A stretch of 64,000 bases of DNA. Origin: Spirochaetaceae bacterium (lineage in GTDB: Bacteria; Spirochaetota; Spirochaetia; DSM-2461). The notes below the pieces were generated by a model. It searched no databases, was not told where the DNA came from, and was given only the letters and a program-made list of their open reading frames with translations. This document shows, piece by piece, positions 61,990 through 64,000 of the stretch. The stretch covers positions 192,001 through 256,000 of the forward strand of contig JAOPTT010000003.1 of assembly GCA_051531975.1 (NCBI GenBank), given 5' to 3'. The number at the start of each line of letters is the position of its first letter. The first letter of the stretch is position 1. The translations under genes were made by a program, and so were the position numbers.

Positions 61990-64000
61990 CTACAGTTTTG
62001 AACTCTTTCGTCTAAATTCCGCAGGAGTTTCACCTTTAATTCTCTTGAAACATGTAAAAAAAGAGTTGTAATTTGTAAACCCTGCTGGCTCATAAATCTC
62101 TTTTACAGAGTCACATGTTTCCAATAATAGACGGCAGGCCTCATCTATTCTTTTTGATACCAGGGAATCAGAGAGGGAGATACCGGTATGGTTTTTATAT
62201 ATTTGCCTTAAGTAGTTTGGAGAAAGGTCTAGTTTATCGGCAATAGATTGAACACAGCAGTTAACGTCTTTATAGTGCCCCTCTACATAGTTATGTATAA
62301 GGTTAAAATGTGTAATGCTTTTCCTGCCTGGTTTCTCCAGTTGTTTGAATACCGATTCTAAAATATCCTGAAATACTATTTTGAAATTATCCAAGGTTTC
62401 AAGAGTTTGAGGGGATGAAGCTATATTTTGTAATAAAGATTGAACCTCTTTTACATCCCTATCCTTTAAGAATCTCAGTATTCTGTAGACAAAGATTCTA
62501 ATAAACTGAATAAAGTCCTGATAAGTACCACCCTTTAATATATTAACCAACTCTTCCAGTTTCTTTATAACACCTGCAATATCCCCTTGTCTCATAAATT
62601 GAAATAGGCGGTCAGAAATATCCCCGGGGTAGATAATTGAACTCTTATCCTGATTCGAGTATGGAACTATAGCTCCAAATCCTGTTGAAAACTTTCCCCC
62701 AACAGCGGACAAAACTTTTGGATACATCTCTTTAAGTCTCAGTACATTCCAATTTTGTCTATGAATCCACGATATACTAACAGAACAGGAGAGATTTTGT
62801 TTTAAAGTGGTCTGTATAACTTCCATTACCTTTAAATACTCTTCCGGTTCCCCTGAAAACAGACAGATAATATTTCTATTATCCATATCCACCAGTGTCT
62901 GAGTAAAATCCCATATGTTTTCCTGAATAATTTCTACAATGGATTTTCTAAAAGATCTAAGAGCTTCCGGCTCCATTTCTTGTGCAATTCTGTAATAGTT
63001 ATCTATCTGAATTAAAAACATGCTTAGAGGATTTCTAATAAGATCCATATCTTCAGTAGATAGTTCTTCTTCCCAACTGTGATACTCCTGTCCATCTATA
63101 ATTGAACGCAATATTTCTAATCTATAATCATCCTGTAGATTTAATAATGTCCCTTCTAAAGATATATTTCTATTTAAAATATTTTTAAATTTATTTGAAA
63201 TAAAACTCATCTCGTGACTATCCCGATTGGTATAAGACGATTCTGTTGTAACATCACCTGCCATAATATGCATTAAGGAGTCTATTGGTTTGTAAACTTT
63301 TCTGGTTGCAAAATAAGATAAAACAACACTTAAAAACAGTATACCAAGCATAATAATAAAAGATGTTCTACTAACTGTAAAAATCTCCTGATTAATATGA
63401 TCCAAGGGTATAACTCCAATAAAATACCAGCCTAAACTATAATTAAACTGATAAGAAACTAACTGATTATTAACGGTTATCAATGTACCACGCTCTTTGC
63501 CATGCTTTTTTAATAGGGGAAATATTGAGTTAAAATCTGTATTGCTACCCCTGTTGCTTTGACAAATCAGCTCACCCTGGCCATTTATTACAAAGATCTC
63601 ATCACTTTGTGACCCATACTTTGTACTTAACAGTTTATCCAGCTCCAAAACATCAATATTTGATATCAAAGCACCATTAAGGCGTCTGTTGTCCTTAGTT
63701 GGTATACCCATAAACAGAGTTAAAACAGGCAATGACCCTATAGCAGTATTTTGGGCGTAATGGACAGCATCCCTAGGCAGATAACTCTCTATCCGGTTAC
63801 TGCCATGTTTATTGACAATATTAAGAACATCTTTATCAAAAAAGTCTTCAGATTTTTGTAAACCATTAGATGTAGAAATAAAATAATCTTTCTGTCCATT
63901 ATAAAGATATAGAGAGTCTATTAGAGGATATGTATATAATAATTGATCAAGAGTTGCTATTCCATCCAGCATTTCCCGCGTGGATATATCCTGCCCGTAC
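61990..64000 (-). CDS. Membrane-anchored AraC-family regulator (YesS-like), 5'-truncated by the window edge
   Basis: Cache-like extracellular region, TM segment, and C-terminal AraC HTH (IADKLDLSPNYL, GFTNYNSFFTCFKR..GETPAEFR); the frame is open to the window end. Confidence 0.85.
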   Translation of the reverse strand, partial: YGQDISTREMLDGIATLDQLLYTYPLIDSLYLYNGQKDYFISTSNGLQKSEDFFDKDVLNIVNKHGSNRIESYLPRDAVHYAQNTAIGSLPVLTLFMGIPTKDNRRLNGALISNIDVLELDKLLSTKYGSQSDEIFVINGQGELICQSNRGSNTDFNSIFPLLKKHGKERGTLITVNNQLVSYQFNYSLGWYFIGVIPLDHINQEIFTVSRTSFIIMLGILFLSVVLSYFATRKVYKPIDSLMHIMAGDVTTESSYTNRDSHEMSFISNKFKNILNRNISLEGTLLNLQDDYRLEILRSIIDGQEYHSWEEELSTEDMDLIRNPLSMFLIQIDNYYRIAQEMEPEALRSFRKSIVEIIQENIWDFTQTLVDMDNRNIICLFSGEPEEYLKVMEVIQTTLKQNLSCSVSISWIHRQNWNVLRLKEMYPKVLSAVGGKFSTGFGAIVPYSNQDKSSIIYPGDISDRLFQFMRQGDIAGVIKKLEELVNILKGGTYQDFIQFIRIFVYRILRFLKDRDVKEVQSLLQNIASSPQTLETLDNFKIVFQDILESVFKQLEKPGRKSITHFNLIHNYVEGHYKDVNCCVQSIADKLDLSPNYLRQIYKNHTGISLSDSLVSKRIDEACRLLLETCDSVKEIYEPAGFTNYNSFFTCFKRIKGETPAEFRRKSSKL

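Overview
AT-rich bacterial chromosome segment, probably from a free-living spirochaete (inferred from the 'FASGNKE'/'FANGANE'-type signal peptides on the sugar-binding proteins). It has four zones. (1) 1-14 kb is an accessory region: a PQQ-repeat beta-propeller protein, two type II toxin-antitoxin pairs (GNAT/DUF1778 and BrnT/BrnA), a WYL regulator with an alpha/beta hydrolase, a CLC transporter with an atypical selectivity filter, an IS481-family element, and three related attC-like palindromes, each just downstream of a minus-strand gene, with no integrase in the window. (2) 14.3-40.8 kb is a large glycan-catabolism locus: three GH38 alpha-mannosidases, two Cys-type sulfatases, two uncharacterised glycosidase-like proteins, a ManD/RspA-family dehydratase, two SDRs, an AKR, an OYE, an ABC importer and an AraR-type regulator. 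A 16-bp palindromic operator occurs as pairs 41 bp apart at both divergent promoters. (3) 41-56.8 kb holds a YcaQ-like glycosylase, a REC-pseudokinase, two paralogous hybrid histidine kinases with different sensors, and a GH3/AraC pair. (4) 56.9-64 kb holds a heparinase II/III-like lyase, an ABC importer and a truncated AraC regulator. No rRNA, tRNA or CRISPR array was seen. All calls come from motif recognition by eye; no database searches were run.
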